64,000 nt of DNA from a plasmid, in sequence record NZ_CP118109.1, one strand, 5' to 3'. The notes beneath the pieces were generated by a model that worked only from the letters and a program-made list of their open reading frames with translations, ran no database searches and was not told the origin of the DNA. The translations under genes and the position numbers were made by a program. Shown here piece by piece: positions 18,768 through 27,269 of this stretch. Numbering within the stretch: position 1 is the first letter of the stretch; every line of letters starts with the position of its first letter.

Positions 18768-19406
18768 GTGTCTGAAAATTATCTGGAAAGTCGCCTGACG
18801 AAGAATGAAATGTTAGTTTATGAGTATATAAAGCTTAAAACAGAAGAACAGGGATCCGTACAAGAATCTATGATTCAAATGGCTGAAAGCATTAGCGAAA
18901 TGTTTAAGGATCGCATCTCTGTCCGAAAAGTTCATTCCGTGGGCGGCGCAAGTTCCAAAAGCAAAAAAGGTTCTGCCATTAGCACCGCAACGATTTCACG
19001 CGCGGTTAATCGTTTGAAAGCTGAAGGCATAATTGATATTAGACAGTCGCCTGATAGCACGACACCACACGAGTATGTCTTCTTAGGCTTGCCTAATGAA
19101 GAAGAACAAGTGTCTGAAATACTCAATCTGGCTGACAAATTGAACAGTCATTTACAGCGGTTTGAAAAGCTTCTAGTGAATCGTGATAAGGAGATTCATC
19201 AGTTGAAAACGGAGAAGAAGCAGCTGTATGTTCAGCTCGATGCAAAGAATGAGGAGATCCGCGCTTTGAACGAATCATTAGCTTCGCTGCAGAATGAGTT
19301 GAAACAAATCAACACAGATGGAGTGAATCCGTTTAATGACGGTCAATTCGTAGGAATCACGGACATTGGTGATGGCGTTCGAGCCTATCTCGTAAAGACA
19401 CACTAA
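18768..19406 (+). CDS. winged-helix DNA-binding protein with C-terminal coiled coil
   Basis: GTG start after GAGGAGGA; ISTATISRAVNRLKAEGIIDIRQ wHTH; heptad repeats. Confidence 0.4.
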   Translation: MSENYLESRLTKNEMLVYEYIKLKTEEQGSVQESMIQMAESISEMFKDRISVRKVHSVGGASSKSKKGSAISTATISRAVNRLKAEGIIDIRQSPDSTTPHEYVFLGLPNEEEQVSEILNLADKLNSHLQRFEKLLVNRDKEIHQLKTEKKQLYVQLDAKNEEIRALNESLASLQNELKQINTDGVNPFNDGQFVGITDIGDGVRAYLVKTH

Positions 19407-19428
19407 GTTCGAGGGGGAACACGTCCAC

Positions 19429-20034
19429 ATGCTTAATCTTTTGACCAAATCAAATCGCACATCCGATACTTTTGCAAGATGGGTTGCAAGTGCCGTTATG
19501 AGCGGAAAAAGCAGCACGATTGAGAATTTTAAGGAGCAATTAATGGTTCAATTTTCAAGCAATCCATCCTTTAGCGGTTTAGTGAAGGAGCGGATTGAGG
19601 ATGAATTTTGCGATAACCTTTCTATGATGCTGGATAATTATGAGAGACCTTGTTTGGATGAATCATATTACCGCATCGCTATGGTCAAAGGTAAGTTATT
19701 ACATGTTGAAGTGGACTGCGAATTTTGTTGCAGAGTTGGAGTGACTTCGCATCAATTCCTTGGCAGGGAGCTTTCAAAAGAGTTTATGCCTTTAGATAAC
19801 CTGGAACATGTGCGGGATTGCTATTTCCGCGCATGGAACGGGGAAACAGTAGACTTTATCAGTCGCGGCAACACGGGAGAGTCTTATACAGTTAAGCTGA
19901 GCCCGGTCTATGATGATAATGGTGCTCTTTGCTTTGTCGAAGCTATTTGCCGTTTCACGAACCCGATCCCTATTGATCAGAGTGTTCGTGATGAAATGGG
20001 AGAGTTTCAGCCTACTCAATATGTATTATGGTAA
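19429..20034 (+). CDS. hypothetical protein (possible PAS-like fold)
   Basis: ORF track; C-terminal GESYTVKLSPVYDDNGALCFVEAI pattern. Confidence 0.35.
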   Translation: MLNLLTKSNRTSDTFARWVASAVMSGKSSTIENFKEQLMVQFSSNPSFSGLVKERIEDEFCDNLSMMLDNYERPCLDESYYRIAMVKGKLLHVEVDCEFCCRVGVTSHQFLGRELSKEFMPLDNLEHVRDCYFRAWNGETVDFISRGNTGESYTVKLSPVYDDNGALCFVEAICRFTNPIPIDQSVRDEMGEFQPTQYVLW

Positions 20035-20055
20035 TGTAGTTAGGAGTGATTACAT

Positions 20056-20520
20056 TTGGCTATTATCGACATCATATTGCGTGAAAATTTCATGGCATGG
20101 AATCGTTTAACCTTTGAGTATGAACAGGAAACAAAAAACTTAAGGGTACCGTCTGAAAATACAGCAGAGACACTGCTTGATTTTAACGTCAGACTGGATG
20201 AACTTAACACAAGAGCGGTCTATGACTTCGGCAGAATCCGTAAATTAAAAGATATTATGGATAGTCTGCTCGAAAGTGTTTTGAAAGATTTGTATGCCGG
20301 TCCGAATGACGCTGCAAGGAAAGCTGGCGGAATCCAACATGCCAGGGCGTTTCCAGTAACTGGATATCCTTTTGAAGCCGTAAATCTTTATGAGCTTCAA
20401 GACAATATCTTAAGCAATTATTACTCAATGCAATCTACAGTTAGAGCTCTTGAAGGCAAGATGGGCGCAAAGATTACAAACAATGCGCTGCTTAAAAATG
20501 AACTGGCCTCAGCAATGTAG
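20056..20520 (+). CDS. hypothetical protein (TTG start)
   Basis: ORF track; TAGGAGTG RBS. Confidence 0.4.
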   Translation: MAIIDIILRENFMAWNRLTFEYEQETKNLRVPSENTAETLLDFNVRLDELNTRAVYDFGRIRKLKDIMDSLLESVLKDLYAGPNDAARKAGGIQHARAFPVTGYPFEAVNLYELQDNILSNYYSMQSTVRALEGKMGAKITNNALLKNELASAM

Positions 20521-20583
20521 ACTCGAAAAGAAAGCGGTCTGGTCCTCCAGTCCGCTATTTTGATATATGCAAGGAGGAGCAAT

Positions 20584-21135
20584 ATGTCTGAATGTGAGCA
20601 CGCCTCTGAGTGTGAAAACGTGGACAAGTCCTGCCGCCGATGTTTCAACTACAACATGTTTCGTCCTAAGAAAGAAGTACGGCGGCTTGGGCAGCGCTCC
20701 GGTGCCAAAAAGAGCGATAAAGAAGGAATGGCATTTGAAGAGCGCGGTACGAAGAAATACAACCAGGCGATAAGACAAGCAAAAGACGTAGCGCGTCGTC
20801 AGTTCGCATCAGGCGCTCTGTATCACTCTCTAGGAGACATGATTACCGAAGAGGATCTTACAGCTGCTCTGGCCGAATTTAAAGAGCGTGGAACGCTAAG
20901 CAAGTCCGGAGAGAAGCAAATTACGATCAAGAAAGAGTGGCTTGATAAGCTGGAAGAAGAAGCGCGACTAATGAATCGTGACTTCTACTTCCTTCCGTTC
21001 ACATTCAAAGGTCAAAATACCGATTATGTCGTTATGACATATGATCGTATGCTTGCATATATTCAGACGATTCAAATACTGAATCAGAATTTGCGTCATC
21101 TTCAGGATCAACTTAATGCAGCGCAGGCCGACTAA
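20584..21135 (+). CDS. hypothetical protein with N-terminal Cys cluster
   Basis: CAAGGAGGAG RBS; CEHASECENVDKSCRRC. Confidence 0.45.
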   Translation: MSECEHASECENVDKSCRRCFNYNMFRPKKEVRRLGQRSGAKKSDKEGMAFEERGTKKYNQAIRQAKDVARRQFASGALYHSLGDMITEEDLTAALAEFKERGTLSKSGEKQITIKKEWLDKLEEEARLMNRDFYFLPFTFKGQNTDYVVMTYDRMLAYIQTIQILNQNLRHLQDQLNAAQAD

Positions 21136-21136
21136 C

Positions 21137-21160
21137 GCCGGCGGGGGCTTTTTGATAGTC
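21137..21160 (+). terminator. intrinsic terminator (CTAACGCCGGCGGGGGCTTTTTG family)
   Basis: GC hairpin + U-tract directly after stop. Confidence 0.6.
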
Positions 21161-21206
21161 TTTTTTAATTACATCATAAAATCAAAACACAGGAAGGATG
21201 TTAATA

Positions 21207-21932
21207 ATGAATACACTATTAGATTCAGCTTATATGTTTGAGCATGATGATATCATGAATGCAGTCGATGAAATGCTGGAAGCCGCTAAAGAGAACGGCG
21301 GGGTTACTCGTGAACTGAACGACATGGATATTCGTCGCATGATCATTCGTCGAAAATACTTGCTCCAGGAAAAAGAAAAGACTAAGCAAATGGCAGATAT
21401 AGTAGCATCTGAATGGAAACAAAGAATCAATCGTAAAGATGAACAGATCGAACAGATCAATCAAACGATTGAGAGTTATGTCAAAAATCGAGGCGAGAGT
21501 CTTGCTCTTGATGTGGCCACCGTTGGGACGCGCACCGTTAAGCACAAGATCGAGATTGCTGATATTGATGAGCTTACTCAAATGCTTGAAAAGCAAAACA
21601 TGAAGGAGCAGTTCTTAAAAGCTCCTGTTCTGGATGAAACAGCTATTAAAAATTACTTCATAAAGACGCTCGATGAGGCAATTGAAAAGCTAGAAGAAGA
21701 TCGTAAGAAAAAGTTAGACGATCTGGATCAGCAATATTCAGACGAAACAAAGGATATTAAGAAGGCTGCTGACAAGAAGCCGATCCAATCTAAGTATGCC
21801 GATCTGAAGAAAGAAGTAAGAAATCAGCATGATGCGAAAGTTGCCGAAACGATTAAGCAATTTCAAGAATGGATTCCAGGCTGCGTAAACTATGTGCCTG
21901 CAGATAAATCCTTATATGTAAAAATGAATTAG
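21207..21932 (+). CDS. Mu Gam-like (Ku-like) DNA-end-binding / host-nuclease-inhibitor candidate
   Basis: Coiled-coil N-terminus and LALDVATVGTRTVKHKIEIADIDEL resembling Phage_Mu_Gam block (LP-GTV-FR...I-D). Confidence 0.35.
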   Translation: MNTLLDSAYMFEHDDIMNAVDEMLEAAKENGGVTRELNDMDIRRMIIRRKYLLQEKEKTKQMADIVASEWKQRINRKDEQIEQINQTIESYVKNRGESLALDVATVGTRTVKHKIEIADIDELTQMLEKQNMKEQFLKAPVLDETAIKNYFIKTLDEAIEKLEEDRKKKLDDLDQQYSDETKDIKKAADKKPIQSKYADLKKEVRNQHDAKVAETIKQFQEWIPGCVNYVPADKSLYVKMN

Positions 21933-21938
21933 TGTTGT

Positions 21939-21967
21939 GGCGCTGCCTTACGGTGGCGCCTTTTTTA
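21939..21967 (+). terminator. intrinsic terminator
   Basis: GGCGCTGCCTTACGGTGGCGCC hairpin + TTTTTTAA. Confidence 0.75.
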
Positions 21968-22090
21968 ATGCATTAGCGTATCAGAAGACGCATGATCATA
22001 AATTCGTGCTTCTTCTAATGCAATAATTCATTTTTCTTTGAAATACTGCAGATTTTTCTTGTTTTTCCCTATGTTATAGTTTATATTGAA

Positions 22091-22104
22091 TGTAACGCAT
22101 TACA
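22091..22104. promoter_or_regulatory. dyad motif TGTAACGCATTACA (copy 3), 18 nt upstream of ATG 22122
   Basis: Recurring motif family. Confidence 0.6.
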
Positions 22105-22121
22105 ATTGTAGGAGTGAGGTA

Positions 22122-22970
22122 ATGATTAACTCAAGTTACATACGCCATTTGGCAGGCGTTCATGAGGTAGATATGAAACGTCAAGAAATGCGTTTTATTG
22201 GTGTGACCAAAGATGCAACTACAGCAGGTCCAGGAAAGCGCTTGGAACTGTTTTTAAAAGGATGTATACGAGGAATAGTTAACCCTTGCGAAGGCTGCTT
22301 CAATCCAGCTACATGGGAATTTGGAGGGCTAAGGAGAGATATGAAAGTCGATGAAGTGGTATACATGCTTGAGCGAGATGCATGGAATCTACAGATTACT
22401 TTCTGCGGGGGAGAGCCACTTCTACAAACACGGAATCTTATTAAAGTCTGCACCGAATTAAAACGCAGGAATCCTAGATTTCATATTGTGGTTTACACTG
22501 CTTATGTTCTCGAAAATTTGCTCAAAAACGGCATCACTTATCGTATCCGAAATGTAGATGAAGAACCTGTTAAAGAAACGCTTCTTGCCTATAGTGAAGA
22601 TTGGAACGATGAGCAAGACCGTTTTACTATAGCTACGCCTGATCAAATCAAAGAATTAATGTCTGTAATTGATCTGCTTGTTGATGGAGATTACCAAGCT
22701 AAGCATCGTATTCCTACTGAGAAGTATATGAACGAGGGTATGTTTGTTGGCTCTAGTAATCAGCGCGTATTTGATACGCAAGCGACTCTGAAAGAAAACT
22801 CTTTTATCTTTCTGCATGCAGACGAATGGATGGAAGAGCACCTTCGCCTGAAACATTGCAAATGCTGCGGTCATGGGCTCGAAGATCAACGAAGAACATT
22901 CTGTGATTCAACATGCTCAAAATTATATCGCAAGCGTGATAAGGCAATGGCCAAAATGGGCGGTGCTTAA
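22122..22970 (+). CDS. radical-SAM activating-enzyme family protein (NrdG/QueE-like) with C-terminal FCS/TRASH-type zinc ribbon
   Basis: GPGKRLELFLKGC...C-x2-C FNPATWEF and FCGGEPLL motifs as in NrdG/QueE; C-terminal CKCC-x11-FCDSTC. Confidence 0.5.
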   Translation: MINSSYIRHLAGVHEVDMKRQEMRFIGVTKDATTAGPGKRLELFLKGCIRGIVNPCEGCFNPATWEFGGLRRDMKVDEVVYMLERDAWNLQITFCGGEPLLQTRNLIKVCTELKRRNPRFHIVVYTAYVLENLLKNGITYRIRNVDEEPVKETLLAYSEDWNDEQDRFTIATPDQIKELMSVIDLLVDGDYQAKHRIPTEKYMNEGMFVGSSNQRVFDTQATLKENSFIFLHADEWMEEHLRLKHCKCCGHGLEDQRRTFCDSTCSKLYRKRDKAMAKMGGA

Positions 22971-24151
22971 TGGGTGATGATCTCGACTTATCCGAATTAC
23001 TTGTGACACTAAGTGATGGCAATCGTTCTGTTGATATTACTCCGGGTCTTGAAGCGCATGCTGAGGCAGTGTCGCGATCTGATCCGAATAGCGCGTTTAA
23101 GGCGCTTCAATCGATCGCATTAAATAATACCGAGCTTGCAGAGAATCTGCCTGCAGCATTTCGTATTCCAAGCGATCAGCTGTTAATGAGTTATGCTGTA
23201 GAGCTATCTGGACTTTTATCAATTCAACAACATTACAAAGAAATATTGGAGGTACTTCACATGCCAATTCCGAATCCTCATAATCCGAATGAAATGGATT
23301 ACATTGACTATTCGATTGTTAACAAGACTGTTATGAACCCTGACTATTTATTCTCTTGCGAAACAATGAGGCTCCAGAAGATGGATCTTTCTCTGGAAAT
23401 TGAGCCTAATGATGAAGAGAATATTTATTTTGTGGCTAAGCTTTCTGATACTAAAATCAAAGCGAAAACTTCTAGAGAGCAGTTTGAGCAACTAATGTCT
23501 GATCTGGCGCATAAAACTGAGAACAAGAACAAACGTATCGAGCAAACAGACTTATTCCGAAACACCCTCGGTGAGGCGATTGATCTTCATATTGAGGGCC
23601 AAAAGCAAGTTGGCAATCTGTATTTCAAGATTGGCAATAAAGCATTCGTTGGAGGACTAGGCATTATTTGGGACAGAGAAAAGAACGAAGATATCGGTAT
23701 TTTTGAGTCCTTGGAAATTGAAGTTAAGGACAGCGGATCAAATCGATATATTGTCCATGATTTAACGCTCCCTATCGGAAATGATAAAACTATCCTATCT
23801 AATTTGGAACGATATGAATTTATTTTTTATAACCTTGATGAAAAGTTGCTATACACTCTCAGCGCCAGCGCACAAGGTTCCACTTCTTTCCCTTCAGAGC
23901 TTGCATCACATTCATTGCAATTGAATGCAGCTTCTCTTTATCTTGATAAGATTGTTGACTTGTCAGAGGTGGATCTTATAGCAAAGGCTGTAGAATCTCG
24001 TAACAACCTTAAGTCTGTGGAATCCAATGATCCTTTCTATGCGGACTACAAGGATACTTTTGCTTCCGATCGACATGCCATTTTGAGATTAAGCAAGCAA
24101 AAAGCAGAGCAAGAGAAAGTTCAAAGCATCTTTTCTGATATCGAATTTTAA
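22970..24151 (+). CDS. hypothetical protein
   Basis: ORF track; ATGA-type overlap. Confidence 0.5.
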   Translation: MGDDLDLSELLVTLSDGNRSVDITPGLEAHAEAVSRSDPNSAFKALQSIALNNTELAENLPAAFRIPSDQLLMSYAVELSGLLSIQQHYKEILEVLHMPIPNPHNPNEMDYIDYSIVNKTVMNPDYLFSCETMRLQKMDLSLEIEPNDEENIYFVAKLSDTKIKAKTSREQFEQLMSDLAHKTENKNKRIEQTDLFRNTLGEAIDLHIEGQKQVGNLYFKIGNKAFVGGLGIIWDREKNEDIGIFESLEIEVKDSGSNRYIVHDLTLPIGNDKTILSNLERYEFIFYNLDEKLLYTLSASAQGSTSFPSELASHSLQLNAASLYLDKIVDLSEVDLIAKAVESRNNLKSVESNDPFYADYKDTFASDRHAILRLSKQKAEQEKVQSIFSDIEF

Positions 24152-24179
24152 TTTATCTAGTCTTGAGGAGGACTAATTC

Positions 24180-25829
24180 ATGTCAACTGCTATTCAACAA
24201 TCATCTGTGGATCAACTTACTGTGCTTCTCAACTCCAGGCACAGAGCTATTCTTGTTAAAACTTTTGAAGAGCAACGCTTCATAGAAAATTTGCAACATA
24301 TTGCTCAGCAAAAAGGTTATGCGAACATGTATTATTGGTCAATTACTTCTGGTCTTGTAGATGGTATTACCGGGAAACCAGCCGAGGGACCAAAGGCTGA
24401 TAATCCTATGAAGCTTTTTGATATTATTGCTGAAGCCAGGGAGCAAAACATTTATGTAATTCGTGATTTTCATGATATTTGGACCAATGCTCAAGCAAAG
24501 CGTAAATTACGGGATTATCTCGAATCGAAAACTGAATTTTATAAACCAATTATCTTAACTTCTCCCGAAGCATCTATCCCACTGGAACTTGAAAAGCTTA
24601 TAACGCTAATTAACTTTGATTTACCTGATCGGGATCGTGTTAAGTTTCTGCTGGATGGCAACATCAAGTTTTTGGAGAGCAAAGACCTTCCCACACCTAA
24701 AGGTCGAGAGTATGAAGCAATTATCCATGCCTTAGTTGGCATGACCGAGCATGAGATTTCAAATATTCTGCGCAAGACAACCTCTAAACATAAGGCGATC
24801 GTCCTTGCAGAGATTGTAGCTGAAAAAGAGCAAGTTATCAGAAAGACAGGCTTGCTCGAATACATCACGAAGCTTGGCGATATGGATAATGTAGGCGCGA
24901 TGGATCGTTTTAAAGAGTGGACGGAAGATGCCTACTACGCATTCCATCCTGATGCGCAGCAGTATAATGTTGATCCGGTACGTGGTGTAGTCCTTGCTGG
25001 CGTGCCGGGTACTGGTAAATCCTTGGCGGCTAAATCTATTGCTCATCAATGGAATCTTCCGCTGCTTAAGATGAACATGTCGGACATCATGGATTCCAAA
25101 GTTGGCCAGTCCGAGAAAAATATATCTCGTGCTCTAAAACTGTCTGAACAAGTATCGCCTTGCGTTCTCTGGATGGATGAGTTTGAGAAAGGTTTGTCGG
25201 GCATGTCGAGTTCAGACAAATCAGACTCTGGTACGCTATCCCGCGTTGTTCAAGAGATTTTGACTTGGCTCTCTGAAAAAGAGAAACCGGTATTTGTTAT
25301 TGCTACTGCGAATGATATTACAAAGCTGCCACCAGAGCTTACTCGTGCGGGTCGGTTTGACGAAATTATGTTTGTTAGTCTCCCACACACGGAAGAGCGT
25401 GCCGAGATTTTGGCTATCCATCTAAAGAAACGCGGGTATTCAATCACGAACGATGACTTTGAACATCCCAGCACACTTAATAAGCTAGATATTCTTAACC
25501 TTGCCGAGAAGATGAAAGATTTCACTGGTGCCGAGATCGAACAGGCAGTCTCTGAGGCTGGTCGCCGTGCGTACGCTGCTTTTAGAAAAGGACAACGTGA
25601 GAAGCACTACATCACTGTTCCTGATCTTGAAGAACAGGCAAACAAAATTGTTCCAATAGCGAAGCGAAATCCTCAGTTGATTAATGATCTGAGAGAATGG
25701 GCTAAACATTCAGCAGTCTGTGTGTCCAGCACCGAACATGATTTTCTTCATAGCGGTGGAAAAACAGAAGAAAACAAATCTGGTTCAACATTCCGCGTCT
25801 TTGGAACAGATCTTGAATTTTCTCAATAA
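24180..25829 (+). CDS. AAA+ ATPase (classical clade, Cdc48/FtsH/Vps4-like AAA domain) with ~240-aa N-terminal domain
   Basis: Walker A GVPGTGKS, Walker B VLWMDEFE, second region of homology TANDITKLPPELTRAGRFD. Confidence 0.7.
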   Translation: MSTAIQQSSVDQLTVLLNSRHRAILVKTFEEQRFIENLQHIAQQKGYANMYYWSITSGLVDGITGKPAEGPKADNPMKLFDIIAEAREQNIYVIRDFHDIWTNAQAKRKLRDYLESKTEFYKPIILTSPEASIPLELEKLITLINFDLPDRDRVKFLLDGNIKFLESKDLPTPKGREYEAIIHALVGMTEHEISNILRKTTSKHKAIVLAEIVAEKEQVIRKTGLLEYITKLGDMDNVGAMDRFKEWTEDAYYAFHPDAQQYNVDPVRGVVLAGVPGTGKSLAAKSIAHQWNLPLLKMNMSDIMDSKVGQSEKNISRALKLSEQVSPCVLWMDEFEKGLSGMSSSDKSDSGTLSRVVQEILTWLSEKEKPVFVIATANDITKLPPELTRAGRFDEIMFVSLPHTEERAEILAIHLKKRGYSITNDDFEHPSTLNKLDILNLAEKMKDFTGAEIEQAVSEAGRRAYAAFRKGQREKHYITVPDLEEQANKIVPIAKRNPQLINDLREWAKHSAVCVSSTEHDFLHSGGKTEENKSGSTFRVFGTDLEFSQ

Positions 25830-25841
25830 GGATGTGAATCT

Positions 25842-26204
25842 ATGCCCTATGATCGCGAAGAGCAACGCAAAAAGGCAATGGAGCTTGCAAAACCGCTTCA
25901 TGTGGATCCTAGAACAAAGATCGATAAGACTATCGAATATGCGTTAAACGAGCTAAAAGAATACGAGCAGCATGTGAGAAAAGCCCACAGTGAAATGAAT
26001 GGCAATGTAATTCAAGCTCATGCAGGTGAAAGTTTTATAAAAACACTGGATAACTTCGTGTCTTCTGCTACGTTTTTAATTCAGAAAGATTATTCTGAAG
26101 AGGAGTTAAATCAAATGCCAGCATCTGTTCATAAAGATGTGATCGCCTCTCAGGAAGTCAGAGCCAAATTACTGCGAAATATCGCAAATAAATACAATCT
26201 TTAA
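25842..26204 (+). CDS. hypothetical protein
   Basis: ORF track. Confidence 0.45.
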   Translation: MPYDREEQRKKAMELAKPLHVDPRTKIDKTIEYALNELKEYEQHVRKAHSEMNGNVIQAHAGESFIKTLDNFVSSATFLIQKDYSEEELNQMPASVHKDVIASQEVRAKLLRNIANKYNL

Positions 26205-26304
26205 TTTCTTGGGGAACCATACGGCGCGAATTGGGTGCCGCAACGGCAAGCGCATGACGGAGGGGTTAGGGCGCACTTAATATATCCTAGGAGGAATTAT
26301 CAAT

Positions 26305-26703
26305 ATGTCTCACTTTCAAGCTTACAAATGTGAAGTAAATAATGTCGAGTTCGTAAAGAAGGCTCTTACTGAAATGGGTCTTGGATACAAAGAAAACACG
26401 ACAATCATCGACTACTACAAGCAGTCCCGCAATGTTGTTCTGGCTGTTATCGATAGTAACGGAAAGCTGCAACCAATCGGGTTCCAAGAGAACGTTGTTG
26501 ATGGCAAAACTAAACTCGAATGCGTAGCTGACTGGTTTATGACTGGCTTCTCTGAAAAGTCCTTTACAAATCAAGTGGCACAGCTGCACGACAAGTACAT
26601 GGTTATTGACATGTGCGAATCTAATGGCTTCTCTATCGATTTTGACAGCATTGCTCATAATGATGCCGGCGAATTGGAGCTAGTCGCTTCTACTTGGTCC
26701 TAA
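26305..26703 (+). CDS. hypothetical protein
   Basis: TAGGAGGAA RBS; ORF track. Confidence 0.5.
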   Translation: MSHFQAYKCEVNNVEFVKKALTEMGLGYKENTTIIDYYKQSRNVVLAVIDSNGKLQPIGFQENVVDGKTKLECVADWFMTGFSEKSFTNQVAQLHDKYMVIDMCESNGFSIDFDSIAHNDAGELELVASTWS

Positions 26704-26739
26704 TAAATTTAACTACTCATTAAATCGGAGGTATTTGAC

Positions 26740-26946
26740 ATGCAAGAGAGAAAAGTAAAGTTCACTATTGGTAAAGAAGGCGGCGTGGCATTTGAAGTTT
26801 TGAATGGTGAAGGTGCAGATTGCACGAAGATCACCAAGGATATCGAAGTTCATTTGTCCCAAAACGGCACAATGGTTGATGAGGGCAAGAAACCTGAGTA
26901 CTACGATGGCGGCGGCCTCACTGATGTGTTTAACAGCCTAGACTAA
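26740..26946 (+). CDS. hypothetical small protein
   Basis: ORF track; GGAGG RBS. Confidence 0.45.
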   Translation: MQERKVKFTIGKEGGVAFEVLNGEGADCTKITKDIEVHLSQNGTMVDEGKKPEYYDGGGLTDVFNSLD

Positions 26947-27269
26947 TGGGCGACAGCATATTTTGGACTTATGTCTCTTTATCTTTTACCGTAAGCATAC
27001 TGATTGGGCTTTCGAAGGTTCTGCCTCGGAAGCCTGGATCAGAGCGAACGCGAGATAGAGGAGCCTTTCTAACTGTATCTATGTTCATAGTCAATATTAT
27101 GTACACTGCCGCCTTTGGCTGGAACATGAGAGCAGCATCAACAGCAGAAATGGTATTAGACATAATTAACGGTATATTAATGGGTCTTGGATTCATGATG
27201 ATGTACAAGGACGTAACTTTTATTAAAAAAGCAAAGGAGACCGACCGTGACCGAACAGAAAAGAACTAG
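26946..27269 (+). CDS. membrane protein (3 TM)
   Basis: Hydrophobic helices; overlap coupling. Confidence 0.45.
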   Translation: MGDSIFWTYVSLSFTVSILIGLSKVLPRKPGSERTRDRGAFLTVSMFIVNIMYTAAFGWNMRAASTAEMVLDIINGILMGLGFMMMYKDVTFIKKAKETDRDRTEKN

